64,000 nt of DNA from Octopus sinensis. Taxonomy: Eukaryota. The notes beneath the pieces were generated by a model. It ran no database searches. It saw nothing but the letters and a program-made list of their open reading frames with translations, and was not told the origin of the DNA. Where the stretch lies: contig NC_043000.1 in the NCBI RefSeq assembly GCF_006345805.1, positions 140,430,001 to 140,494,000 on the forward strand, given 5' to 3'. This document shows, piece by piece, positions 36,470 to 49,520 of this stretch. Both the position numbers and the translations under genes were made by a program. How positions within the stretch are numbered: the stretch's first letter is position 1; each line of letters opens with the position of its first letter.

Positions 36470-38919
36470 TTAAACTTAAATGTTGAAGTGAATCGAACGG
36501 CTTTTGTGTGTTTCTTAAATGGCTTATAAACACCTTCCACACTGCAATTGTTTTCGCTCCAACACACGATCTCAGATCAAATCACTTGCTATGCAAGTAC
36601 ATCTCCGTAATATATATATATATACATACAACAGTATCAGTGCAAAGCATTGTTTAATCCTAAGTTAGCTTTAGGTTATTTAAAAGATGTTTGGGAGATA
36701 TTTAATTTTCTGTGAGGCAAATTCTATGATAACTGCACTGAATTTGCCTCTAAAATTTAAAATATATCCCAAACGTATTTTAACTAATGTAAAGTTTGCA
36801 CACACACACACACACTCACATATTTTAGAATATAGATTTGTTCTGCTTCTTTGATTGTAATATTATATTTTTACATTCATGACTAGTTTCTCATTCCCTT
36901 CGATTTATATCATGATTTGGATTTGGAGTCTAGCAGTTCATTTTATGGTAGGTTGTTATAAAGCTTACAACTTTGTCTACTGAACTGTTCCTGACTTTTA
37001 TTGGATTTTAATTGCTTTCATTTTCTACAAACGAATTGTCATTATTTCTTTGTGAAATTGCTCTTATATTAATTAGTTGTAGTTTTTTGTAAAATAGCAT
37101 TGCATTTTCAACAAAATTAAAAAAATTGTGTGTTGGAGAGAACTTGAACTCTTTTAAAGTTGATAAGGAAAGTTCCATCACCACAACGGCACTGAATACT
37201 TTGTAAACATCACATTATCCTTACATCAAGAACTTGTGACTGCACAACAATGCCTCTGCTCATATGTGTATTTTTTCTAGTATGTAAGCATGTGTTCATA
37301 TTCCCAGTTGCTGTTATCAGTCCCGTTTTTTTTCCTTCCTTTAAGTGTCTTTTTACAGAGGTTTGGGGATTGATTAAAGTTGAAAATTTGAAAAAAAAAA
37401 AAAACAGTTATTTTTATTAGATATTTATTCCATCCAACTTCCAGTTATGCACTACAGATAAAAGTCATTATATCATGTTGTTCTCTTAATTATGTCTTTA
37501 CTTCTCATCCTATTACTAGCATTGGCACCTCTATCCACACTGCTCTCATCACGTTTTATTTACTTCTATAATTTTCAATCCACCTGAGCTCTCACATAAT
37601 TTAAAACTTAAATTATCATAAAGAATTTTAAATTATATCTGCAACCCTTCACCACCACAATCAACCTAAAAAATATATTTCTAAAATTTTTTTTTTAAAC
37701 TTTATACAACGAATGAAACAGACAGAAAAAAGTTAGAATTAAAAATAAGAGAAAATACTTTGAATCCAGGACAATACATTTTACATTCCACACCTCCAGA
37801 GAAAGTCTCTTCACCAATCTACCTCTATGTCTAATTAAATTATGGTGGATAAAAAATAATTGAATTAAGAAAAAAATGATAAAAACAAAATCTCTTTCAC
37901 TTATATACACTAAAGCTTGTCATTGTTCTAAGCAGCTTTCCTTGTAATGTTTGTAACAATAACACCAAAAACAGTTACAAGTAATATTTTCCACTTTATT
38001 CAAAGTTATTTCAGGTTAACACCTGAATATTTAAAAGGTGATTTATATACACTTAACCATTTTGATCATGTTATTGTTTTGATGTCTACAAATCTTAAAC
38101 ATTGTACTTATATCAAGGGGAGATTATTTACACATCTTAATAGTTGTTACATATATGTGTGTGTAAATGTGTGTGTTTATTTTTGATACAACTCTTTATG
38201 TGTTTTTTTTTTATTAATTTGAAATAAGAAAAAGGAATGAAGAATGTCTTGTATGAAAGTATTTTGAAATTGTTCTGTTACCTCTTGGGAAAACAACTTT
38301 GCAAAACAGATGTGACTTTGAATTCAAGTTTCCATCATTTCTGATAGACATGTGAAAAAAAAAATGAATATAATAAAATAATAAAATTAACATTTATCAA
38401 TAAATAAAGAACAATCAAAACAAACTGAAAGCAGAGTTATACAGTTTAGAGATTATAAATAAATAATCTTTACTAAAAATATAACTCAGAAAGAATTATT
38501 GTTACTGGTAAATATATATAAATATCTATATGTCTATATATATTTATGTATGTATGTATGTATGTATACAAGCAAACATACACACACATACATGTGGGAC
38601 ACTCATTTGCATACACACATAAATGAACATACATGCACACATATATTCATATAGATATAAACTTAATGATTTTAAAATATACTTATGTATTTTATTTTTT
38701 GAGTGTTTGTTTTTTTTTCAGTTTTATGTATTTTACTACAATGTGAAGTTCATAACATTTTCCAAGAAAGAGATATTTTAAGTACCTTGTGTATGTAGTT
38801 ATATAAATATGTATGCATGTATCACATTTGCTGTATTGGAAGTAAATTTTGACCCCTACTTCAACACACACTCTCTCTTTATTTCCTTCTCCCCTGCCCT
38901 CTCTATATCTATATATATA

Positions 38920-39793
38920 GGAGGTGGTATCCAAAAGTTCCCAGACTAACAATGTTTAATAAAAAAAAAGACTTATTTACCTGAGTTTTAACATCATCTC
39001 TTTCAGAATAGTCATCATGTGTAGCAATACACCAGTCCTAGCATTCCTGCCACTTTTTGAATCCGGCCTGGAAGTCGTTTTCTGTAAATATGTCACAGAC
39101 CTTGTGCGATTCACTCTGGATCTCAACAATGGTATTAAAGCAGTGAGCTTTGAACCGCATTTTCATCTTGAGGAAAAAGATGGAAGTCTGCAGGGGATAA
39201 ATATGGTGAATAGGGAAGGTATGGAAGTGATACCATGTTGTTTTGGGTGAGTAACTCACAAGAGAGGAGAGCTCAATGACAGGTTGCATTGTTCATGTTC
39301 CACAGATCCAGTCACTGTCACCAAATGTTATCCCTCAAATGCTTTGAAATGTCACAGTAGAACTCTCGATTGATGGTCTGGCATTGGAGGACAAATTCTT
39401 GATGCACAATACTGTAGAGGTTGAAAAAAATAATGATCATACTCTTGATTTAGCTACAATGCTGTTGTGCACCCATTCCACTCAAAACATTGTGTACAAC
39501 CCATTGCTTCATCACCATAAGCTTGCTTAAACGTGCTCAATGTCCCAAGTTTAATGTAAAATTTTATGTTGGCTTTTGCTTCCAACTTACTGTTCATGAA
39601 AAAATTTGTAGACTGCAGTATATACATAATTCACAAAAACACAAATTTCACAACTTGCAAAATAAACACAGCAGTGTCATTTGGCATACTGCCTCATGAA
39701 GGTCACTGCTACCTCTCCCTGCATATGCAACCATGTGTTGCCATCTGTTGGCATGCTACAGAACCGGTCTGGAAACCATTTGATACCACCTCA
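38920..39793 (-). mobile_element. Internally deleted mariner (874 bp) with both TIRs and TA target duplications
   Basis: TA-GGAGGTGGTATCCAAAAG and TA-TGAGGTGGTATCAAATGG ends; transposase C-terminus FNTIVEIQSES...ENDFQAGFKKWQE. Confidence 0.85.
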
Positions 39794-39799
39794 TATCTA

Positions 39800-40010
39800 T
39801 ATGTGACTGTCTCTGTCTGTGTTTCTCCCTTGATGTGTTTATTTCCCTGTAACATAGTGGTTCAGCAAAAGAAACTGATAGAATAAGTACTAGGCTTCGG
39901 AAGATAATTAATAAGTCCTGAGGTTGATTTGTTCAACTAAAACCCTTCAAGGCAATGCCCCAGCATGGCAGCAGGCAAATGACTGAAATGAGTAAAAGAT
40001 GAAAGATATA
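39800..40010 (+). mobile_element. SINE family A, 3' half
   Basis: GGTTCAGCAAAAGAAACTGATAGAATAAGTACTAGGC...AAATGACTGAAA. Confidence 0.75.
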
Positions 40011-40034
40011 TATATATATAGATACATATATATA

Positions 40035-40372
40035 GGCACAGCATGGCTGTGTAGTAAGAAGCTTGCTTCCCAGCCTCATGGTTCTGGGTTCAGTCCCACT
40101 GTGTGGTACCGTGGGCCAATGTCTTCTTCTATAGCCTTGGGCTGACCAAAACCTTCTGAGTGGATTTGGTGTTTGTATGTATGCGTGTGTGTGTTTGGCA
40201 TGTATGTGTGTATTTGTGTTTAAATCCTTGTAACAGTGGTTCAGCAAAAGAGACTGATAGAATAAGTACTAGGCTAACTAAAAATAAGTCCTGCAGCCAC
40301 TTTGTTCGACTAAAGGCAGTGCTCCACCATGGCTACAGTCAAATGACTGAAACAAATAAAAGAGTAAAAGAA
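40035..40372 (+). mobile_element. SINE family A, internally deleted
   Basis: Head GGCACAGCATGGCTGTGTAGTAAG, tail AAAAGAGTAAAAG. Confidence 0.85.
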
Positions 40373-41753
40373 TGTGTGTGTGTGTGTATGATGAGAGAGA
40401 AATATCCACAGTTGCATATATTCATATATTATGAGAATGACTCGAGGGGAAAACTCAATAGTAAAGTGAATACTGGTACTAACATTTTAATGAATAAAAA
40501 TGAAATAGACAATGCCATGAAGAGTGAATTAGTATAACAGTTTCAGATATGTGTCACTCCTATTAAAGTTCAACAGTATTCCATATTTAATGATTTTATA
40601 TGTAATTTATCTTAATTAAATAAAATTTTATGGTTCTGTGCCCTGCCTCAAAATAGAATTCAAAACTTGTGTAATCATAGAATTTCATTGAATTTTAGTT
40701 GCTATTAATACTCCAAGAGCAGGGAATTGATAAATGTATAAAATGACAAAATACCTTGTGGTACTTATTTTCATACCTATATATTCTAACCTCAAGTACT
40801 ACTAATATCATCTATACTTTTAATTCTTTCCAAGTCAATAAATTAGGAACAAATCACCCATTGGGAATTTTATGATTAATCGTTCCTTTTCTAAAAATGT
40901 CATATTTTGTCCATGTTAAAAATTATTGCCATTGATTTTCTGAATGTATGGATTACCAATACTCTTTCATATTTCTAAATATTTGTCAAACTAATACATA
41001 TAATGTAAATTATTATACCCTCTGTTGAGCTATACAGCATTTTCTAAATGATTTTGGCTGTATCCTTTCAATATTTTGGTAAAGAGAAGTAAATGCACTT
41101 TGGTAGGTCTAAATATTCTGAAATTACATTAATACTTATATGTGTAGCTTTTCTACGGAATCCTGGAATATTCCCCACCAACATTTATTTCAAAGAAAGG
41201 TTATACATCATAGCTTGAGAGGAAGAACAATTTCCTGAAAACAAAACCTGAGTTTGTTTGAATTTACAACGATGGAACTGTGCTTCAAATATTCCCAATT
41301 AATTATATTCACTTAAGTATTTTTTTGCATCAGTGCAGGGCTCCCTAGTCCTGTTGCATTGTTTCTACCAAATATTACTCCCCAATTTTTTTTTTTTTAT
41401 ATTTATTAATGAGTTTAGTATTACAAAACTTTAAAAATCAAAATCAAAGATGATCAAATATACTGCTTATATTTAAAATATAAATATACTTTGATATGTC
41501 AAATTAGTATATTGTATATTTATGAAAACATACCATTCACAAATTCAACTGGAATCAATACTTCAACAAGTATTGAACCAGATATCAATGAATCCTTCAG
41601 ATTTTCAATTTTTCAATTATATCACTTAGTAAAAGAATAATAGAAAAGACAATCAGATTTTCAATGATTGTACTGCTTTGAACACATTTCTTAAGGATTG
41701 CATGGATGAGATTAATTTATATATATTTTATTTTACCTTATGGTTTTATAAGT

Positions 41754-42047
41754 GGAGGCACAATGGCCCAGTGCTTAGGGCAGCGGACTCGCAGTCGGAG
41801 GATCACAGTTTCGATTCCCAGACCGGGCATTGTGTGTGTTTATTGAGCGAAGACACCTAAAACCTCCATGAGGCTCCAGCAGGGGGTGTTGTACTCTTTC
41901 ACCACAGCTTTCTCTCACTCTCTTTTCTTGTTTCTTGAGTAACGCTGTGATGGACTGGTATCTCGTCTAGCTGGGGGGAACACATATGCCACAGAAATCG
42001 GGAAACCGGGCCCATGAGCCTGACTAGGCTTGAAAAGGGCGACGTTT
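41754..42047 (+). mobile_element. tRNA-derived SINE, family B
   Basis: A-box TGGCCCAGTGCTTAGG, B-box GTTTCGATTCC, V-like GCTGTGATGGACTGG block. Confidence 0.85.
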
Positions 42048-42406
42048 ATCGTTATGGTGTTATAACTGGGACACACTTTCTTTTGCTAATCCTTGAGCTG
42101 TTAACCAGTTGCAGGCTTTATTCTTTTGTTAGTTAGGCTATTGTGAGAAACTTTAGTTATTTCATTGCTAAGGGAAACAAAATAACAATGTCCATTGTAA
42201 GATTGAAAATGATGAGTTTAAGCAAACGCAACTTATTCAAAAGGCTCCACTTCTGTTACCAGTTTCTATAAGAAAATATGCTTTAAATCCTTTGAAAATT
42301 AACTAGTGCAGGCTTAAGCTCAAATCTTAAATATCAACAAAGTATTTCTTACCTTTGAGTCATCACAACAAAGAACAAGGTGTCTTTAGTAGGAGTTTCA
42401 ACTCAC

Positions 42407-42566
42407 TGCAATTTGAACACAAACTCTTCTGCAGCAATCTCTGTCACCCACTCTTTCAATAAAATACCATGCCAGTCCATGACAGTGAAACGGTAGAATT
42501 GGTAGTGCGTTGTAGAAGTTGTAGATACTTTGTGCTATTTTGATTTTCTCTTTGTGTTTTGAAATC
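42407..42566 (-). CDS. Candidate antisense exon (ISKHKEKIKIAQSIYNFYNALPILPFHCHGLAWYFIERVGDRDCCRRVCVQIA)
   Basis: Acceptor tttaccatccag, donor GCA|gtgagt, 160 nt open. A second frame is also open over most of it, so the reading is ambiguous. Confidence 0.25.
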
Positions 42567-43078
42567 CTGGATGGTAAACTTAATTCATTGCCCACTTTAA
42601 CAGCACCGCAATGGGGACTTTCAATAAAAAATCACCCTGTTACAAGAATTTAGACCAAGTCTCTAGTTTGAGGATTATATTTACTTTCATTCCACCAATT
42701 CTAGAGGACCATGAGCTTGGTATTTTTGTCTCTGACTGAGTGTTACAAAAATAAAAAAAAATATCAGAATTTGATACTAAAAGGATTTGGATCACTGAGT
42801 TTGAAGAAATGATGAAAATTTAAATTTCAGTTTATAATAATAGTTCTAATTTGGTTATCAAGATAAATTAGCACCAAACTTCTAATCAATGTATGAAAGT
42901 TTTTATGAAGAATCTAAACATACCTACAAGAAGTAACCTTTCTATTTTATTAGATGTATAAAGATTATTCATTTTTATGTGAAGCTTATTTTTTAAACAA
43001 TTCAGGTTTTTCTTTTATTCTGTTAAATATATATTTTTTAATCATTATCCTTATTCTTGATGTTTCCCAATCTTATTA

Positions 43079-43432
43079 TTGGGTTGTCAGGAAAGTTTGT
43101 GCCAATTTTTAAAGGAAAGAAAAAGGTCAATAAATACTTACCATTACATTTTTAATCAACCAAATATGAATCATTTTGTTGCACAGTGCATCTTCATCTT
43201 TCCTTTAACCTGCAAATACCCACTTCCCAGAATTGAGATGGTTTCATGACAAAGAATTCAAGGTATCTTTTTACATCATCCAAGGAATTGAAATTTTTAC
43301 CATTAAGACTATTTTGCAGAGACCTGAATAAGTGGAAATCTGAAGGAGCAATATCTGGTGAATATGCAGGGTGGGGTAACACATCCCAGCTGAGCAGCAG
43401 CAATTTTTGTCTGGTTCCCAAAGCATCAAGTG
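43079..43432 (-). mobile_element. Mariner 3' remnant
   Basis: WDVLPHPAYSPDIAPSDFHLFRSLQNSLNGKNF (mariner YSPDL motif); TA-TTGGGTTGTC terminus. Confidence 0.9.
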
Positions 43433-44373
43433 CAGAAAATGAACTTTCTTATCTTTCATTTTAAAGGGTTACAGAATCAACACAGGTTATAGGAACATAA
43501 ATCTTCTTCCACGAAAGGACAACTTAAACTCTGCTCTAAATGGAGGTGTAGTCAAATCCTATTTTATGGATTCAACCATGTTCTAAAATAAGTCAAAAGG
43601 TAAACTACTATAAATCGACACAAACTTTCCAGACAATACAATATAATTTCTTACCAACATTTCGTAATCAGATCAATATAAAATACAAAATACAAGAGCA
43701 TGATTTAATTCCTACATTGGTAACATATATAACTTACTGTTTGAATTGCATGCAATTATGTCTTGATATGAGCATGATAAAGTTTGTGCGTGAACATATA
43801 TTTGTACACAAACAACATGTGTGTGTGTGTATGTGTGTGAGTGTGTGCACATACAGGTACAAATATATACATGCTGATATAAGAGTACCCACAGACATAT
43901 ACATGAGTGTATATACATACATGCTTGTTCACAAACATGCACATAGCTGTTTTTATTTGTCAAGATTTCAAAATAAATATGGTAAACAAACACACAGAAT
44001 ATAATTATTTGCATATATAGATGGAAATGTATATATTCAATAATATAGATTAAACTTCAGAAAACAAATTTGTAAAATATGTTATATACTGTTTACATAG
44101 GGAAACTTTCCTTGTGTCTCCTTGTGAATATATGTGTATGAGTGAATAAATACATTCATATATAATGTAATGTTTACTTGTTTCAGTTATTGAATTGTGG
44201 CCATACTGAGGCACAACCTTCGAAACTGGTACTTGATTTCTTTTAAAGCTTATACTTATTCCATGAGGTTTCTTTTGCTGAAGCACTAAATTATGGAGAC
44301 ATAAAAATATACTTGTTTGTGTGAATGCATATATACATATATGTATATATATATATATATATACTTTATTTAA

Positions 44374-44468
44374 AGCAGCAGAAAATTCAACAAAACCTGT
44401 TACTCTGAGTTTCCCATTGCCGTTCATCGGACAGTTTTTGCTAGAATTTTGTTGAATTTTCTGCTGCT
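44374..44468 (-). ncRNA. Degenerate hammerhead (44397-44434) enclosed by a perfect 22-bp inverted repeat
   Basis: CTGT-CCGATGA-A-CGGCAATGG-GAA-ACTCAGAGT-A-ACAG; arms 44374-44395 and 44447-44468. Confidence 0.5.
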
Positions 44469-44643
44469 GTAAATAAAGCATATTACTCTACCACTGGTAT
44501 TTGAGTACTCTTTTTTCCACCTTGTTTCACATTTATGTGTTTACTCTGGTATATATATATATATATATAATATATATATATAATATATATAATATATATA
44601 TATGTATTCCTCAATTGTTTGAAAAATATGTGCTGTGGTATAA

Positions 44644-44745
44644 CATCATCATCATTTAACGTCCATTGTCTATGCTGGCATGGCTTAGACGGTGTAACAA
44701 GTGCTAGTAAGCTGGGGAGCTGCACCAACCTCCAGTCTGACACAT
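44644..44745 (-). mobile_element. RTE 3' tip
   Basis: CATCATCATCATTTAACGTCC... homologous to 34553-34660. Confidence 0.7.
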
Positions 44746-44913
44746 TCTAGCTCCATTTCTTGCATTAATTTCACTCCTTTCTTCCTGAGTTAATGCTTCT
44801 TGTATTCTAGCTACAAAGTTTTTTAACGATCCATATATTATTAGAGTTCCTAAATTTTTCATAAAAGAAGTGTAACAGTCTATCCCGGAGATGATCTTTA
44901 TCGACCATATACT

Positions 44914-45328
44914 CTCTTTTACTCTTTTACTTGTTTCAGTCATTTGACTGTGGCCATGCTGGAGCACCACCTTTAGTTGAGCAAATCAACACCCAGGACT
45001 TATTCTTTGCAAGCCTAGTACTTATTCTATTGATCTCTTTTGCCAAACCCCTAAGTTATGGGGACGTTAACACACCAGCATCAGTTGACCAGCAATATGG
45101 GGGGGGGGGGCGACAAACACAGACACAGAAACATACACACACACACACATATATACATACATATACGACGGGCTTCTTTCAGTTTCCATCTACTAAATCC
45201 ACTCACAAGGCTTTGGTCAGCCTGAGGCTATAGTAGAAGACACTTGCCCAAGGTGCCGTGCAGTGGGACTGAACCCAGAACCATGTGGTTGGTAAGCAAG
45301 CTACTTACAACACAACCACTCCTGCGCC
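44914..45328 (-). mobile_element. SINE family A, full length
   Basis: Reverse complement of the 135-525 structure. Confidence 0.88.
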
Positions 45329-46029
45329 TATAATACCAAGTGCTTCTCAGATTATTCCATTACTAAAACAAAGTCGTGTGTGTTATGGTGGGCAATGACC
45401 ATAGAGTACAACAGTGCAAATTGAATGAACAGGGGCAGAGAAGATACAGGAAAAGATAAGGGAAAGGGAAAACAGAAAAAGTAAGAGCTAGGAATAAAAA
45501 GAGGAGAATAAGGAACGAAATTAGGAGTGAAATTAATACAAAAAGATGGAGCTAGAATGTATCGTATTATGAACAACAAAGCAGCAACTAGTAAGGAGAG
45601 AATGAGAATTGTTAATCAAGACGAAATATGAATGAAAAAGTTAGGTAAGAATATTTTGCACAAGACAATGAGGAAACAAAATGAGAAGCAATATGAACTG
45701 TCAAGATACCTGAAAAATTAATGAAAGTATGATGGAGGAAACGACAATATTATTGTCAAGTAGGGGGTATTTATGGCTGACACTGTACTATAAAATATGC
45801 CGTGGAATTTCCACAGGTATTGCTAGTATTATTGATTCTTACTGTGGAGAGTTAGTACCTGTTTACTGCTCGGTGAACAGGATTATTTATGAGTTAAATG
45901 AGTTCGCCATGAACACAATTGATTATTTGTAATCAGATGTGCAATAATCAGTTTAATTAATGCACTATTGCCTCCATTGGTTGTAATTTGCTATTCAAAC
46001 ATATCAAATGTTATATCCTTCAATAATAA

Positions 46030-46230
46030 TTCCTTGTGGTGAATTGGTAGAATCAATAGAGCATTGGAAGATATGCCTTACAGAGATGGCTCCAACTATT
46101 TACATTCTGAGTTCAAATCCTGCCAGAGTCGTCCTTATCTTTCCTCGTAAAATAAAGTACCAGTCAAGTATTTCACTAATGTTTTTAACTAACCCACTCC
46201 CACAAAATTTCTGGCTTTGTGCAAAAATTA
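46030..46230 (+). mobile_element. Degenerate family C SINE
   Basis: GGTGAATTGGTAGAATC head, TTCTGAGTTCAAATCC B-box. Confidence 0.55.
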
Positions 46231-46289
46231 TAATAATTAATGTGAAGTATTGTGAAGTAGAAAAAATAGCCATCAAAGCAGCTTTCTTC

Positions 46290-46630
46290 ATCACCATCAT
46301 CATTATTCAAAGTCCACTGTCCATGCTGGCAGGGGTTAGACAGTTTGACCAAGGCTGATGGGCTGTGCCAGATACCACTCTGATTTGGCATGGTTTCAAT
46401 GGCTGGATGCCCTTCCTAATGCCAACTGCTCAGAGAGAGTGTAATGGGTGCTTTTGCATGACACCAGTATCTTCCACAAATACGATTTCACTTGGCTTGA
46501 TGGGTCTTCTTCTCAAGCACAACATATTGCCAAAGGTCTTGGTCATTTGTTATTGCCTCTGTGAAGCCCAGTGCTCTAAAGGTACTTTTTATGTGCCACC
46601 AGCATGTGTGCTTGTTACCCAACACTGGCA
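46290..46630 (-). mobile_element. Old RTE 3' fragment
   Basis: GGCTGGATGCCCTTCCTAATGCCAAC and TTCTCAAGCACAACATATTGCCAAAGGTC match the RTE tail and last codons. Confidence 0.7.
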
Positions 46631-47550
46631 TCTGCCACATTGCTAGTTTTGCAACTCCAGCATCGGCCACATTGCCTTCTTAGGAATTTGAATAATTTCT
46701 TTCATAAACATTGCAATTATCATAATTTAACTTTTTCCGTGCTGGTATGTTGGACAGCTTCACAAGATCCAGCAAATAGGAGGATCACTTTGCTCCCCAT
46801 TGGCATGTTTCTGTGGATGGTGGCTGGGTACTATCCTAACATCAGCCATGTTAGAGTGTGTACTAGATGTTTTTGTAGTGCCACTAGCACTAGCAAGATT
46901 GATATGCAACTTGAAATACTATGACCCCTTTTGTCTCAGTAGAGATGATGATGGCTTTATGCTTTGAGATGTGGGCTTAAAGAATGAGGGAAAATTCTAG
47001 AATATAGAGCAGTTTTAATCCTGTCGAGCAACTATATGTCTCTCTTTGTCCCTTGCTATCTCTCACTTTTTTTTCTCTCTTTCACAGACTGTAGATGTAT
47101 AAATATATATATATATATACACGCACATATATATATGTATACACTATATATGTATATTTATATATATATATATATATATATATACGTATGTATGTATATT
47201 TATATATGTATATATACATATATATATACACACATATATAAAATTAAGAAGGAGAGAAAATAAAATCAAAGGTCAATGTATATATTCATTCAATCCATAT
47301 TAATGAAATTCTCCATGCCATACAAAGTACATACATAGATGCATTCATCAATATGATATATAATAATTTCTAAGAATTTATAAATACATAGATATACATG
47401 AAAATTTATAAATATACAAAAATTCACAGCCATATAAAAATTTATAAACATAAAAATTCATAAATACAAATATATAAAAAAATATACGTCCATAAATGTA
47501 CTTGCGAAATCCGAATGTTCAAATCTGAATCAATGAAGAAGTGGATGTAA

Positions 47551-48100
47551 ATCATCATCATCATAATTGTTCGACCGTGGTCGAGACAATGGAATTTACC
47601 ATGCTACACCAGACTTCACGGTCCATCATGGCACAGGTGGTAGTTTCCCGTATATTTGCACTTTGGTTGGATGATGCTTCCAGGAGAGATTTTGAGCTCT
47701 CATGAGGAGGCGAGTGTAGGTTCCATCCAACCGCCTCTCAAGCTTCTTTGATAACGTCCAGGTTTCTGAGCCATATAGTAGAATTGGTTCGACTGTGGCT
47801 TTGAAGATTTCAAGTTTGAAGTCTCTACTTAGATTTGATGACCAGATGTTATGCATATCATTACAGGCTGACCAGGCCATACCCTTTCTAGTTAGAAAAT
47901 CTTTTCCAGATGATGATATGTATGACCCAAGATATTTGTAATCAGAAACCATATTTAAGGGCACATTGTTGAGAGTATGGATGATGCAATCACTGTTGGA
48001 CAGGCACTTTTTTATATATTCAGTCTTGGCCGCATTGAGGTAAAGACCTACACAATTTGAGGCTTGTTCGAGAGATTGTAAAAGAGACTGGGCATTGCTC
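47551..48100 (-). mobile_element. 5'-truncated RTE-clade LINE, second family
   Basis: GLYLNAAKTEY...YKYLGS...ILLYGSETWTL...LDGTYTRLLMRAQN; (GAT)n tail. Confidence 0.9.
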
Positions 48101-48276
48101 TCCAATGCCCAGTGGATGTAAAATGATTCATAAGAAATCTGGAACATGTATAAAGTCTATGTGTAAAGTCTTATGGCCATTTCGAAAAGATATAGGTTGC
48201 TATTATACACACGCACACACATACACCCACACACACACACACATATATATATATATACATATATACATACATATAT

Positions 48277-48463
48277 AAAGCAAATAAGTAACGAGGCTGT
48301 CCAGGTATTAGTGCATTACATCTGATTCAGGCGGCCTCATTTAATTGATCAATACAAGCATTACATCAATTTGATGTAATGCTTGCATTGATCTATTAAA
48401 TGGAGCTGCCTGAAACGGCTGTAATGCACTAATACATGGACATCCTTGTTACTTATTTGCTTT
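48277..48463. repeat. Imperfect palindrome, about 93-bp arms centred on 48370
   Basis: AAAGCAAATAAGTAAC...CAAGCATTACATCAA-T-TTGATGTAATGCTTG...GTTACTTATTTGCTTT. Confidence 0.9.
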
Positions 48464-48581
48464 TATTCACCCTACTTCAAGCTCTGCAGATAATACTGGA
48501 ATGACTTGATGCCTCAGCATATGTTGCTAATTCATTTGAATCTTATATACATATACATATACATATATATATATATATGGG

Positions 48582-49135
48582 GGCTGCCCCCTCGTTATCA
48601 AGTATGGCCATTGTACGAAGCTTAATCAATGTTGTTATCGTGCAATGCCTGTGCAAAAAGATTTTCTTTAAAGTGAGGAAAGGCTGTGCACTGAGTCAAT
48701 CCCATTCACTAAGCAACAGCAGCCATAATCCGAAAAGACGAACAAGTCAACATCATCGGTAACCACTGAGCCGCAGGTTTTATGTCTGAATTATCCCAGT
48801 TACCTGATTTACCTTCTCGTAGAAGGATGCCCTAACAAAGGCTAGGAGTCCTTCACTCCCAATGGTTTAACCGCACGATCGGGTATTCAATCTGATTATA
48901 TTTCTATGTCCCCACACATGATACAGCCTTAAGACATTTATTGGATGGCCGTTGACTCTCAAGATTTCCTCTGCCCTTGGACAGGTTTTGCTTTTCATCC
49001 CGCAGGGTGTCCAATAAACACCCTCCTCACCAAGCAAGCTTGGTGGGGTCGCCGGTTTAGTCGCCGACAACCCGACCATGCAACAGATTGTACTGGGTTA
49101 CATGTTACCAGTAGCACTCGAAAGTGACCTGACAT
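48582..49135 (-). mobile_element. About 550-bp non-coding repeat resembling an RTE 5'UTR
   Basis: TTAGGGCATCCTTCTACGAGAAGG and TTGGTGAGGAGGGTGTTT blocks resemble RTE/BovB-type leaders as I recall them; partial second copy at 14971. Confidence 0.5.
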
Positions 49136-49150
49136 AATATATATATATAT

Positions 49151-49183
<33 letters not shown>

Positions 49184-49288
49184 TACATACATATAGATAT
49201 ATATATGTATGTACATATATATAGATATATATGTGTATATATATATATATATATACATACATATAGATTTATATAAGTATATACATAC

Positions 49289-49321
<33 letters not shown>

Positions 49322-49520
49322 ACCACGTGTGTATCATTGGCGATTTTCTTTCTCTTTCTTCCCTTCCTTGGACCTTTCCTTTTTCTATGCTTCTGATGAA
49401 GAGCTCCACTCGAAACGTTAAATCTTCCTTCTTTCTTTCCTTTCCTAAGCATCCAATAACACCATACTTGTTCCATTTTGCTTGCGTTGTGTTTTCTCTT
49501 TGTTCATGTTTGGATTAACT
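49322..49520 (+). mobile_element. Penelope-like LTR-type unit with a minimal hammerhead (49389-49423)
   Basis: GCTT-CTGATGA-A-GAG(CTCCA)CTC-GAAACGT-T-AAAT; inverted homolog at 51012-51195. Confidence 0.65.

Larger units (their letters stand above)
36278..36538. repeat. Near-perfect palindrome, 125-bp arms and 10-nt loop
   Basis: Arms 36278-36402 and 36413-36538; mismatches cluster in one 20-nt window. Confidence 0.97.
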
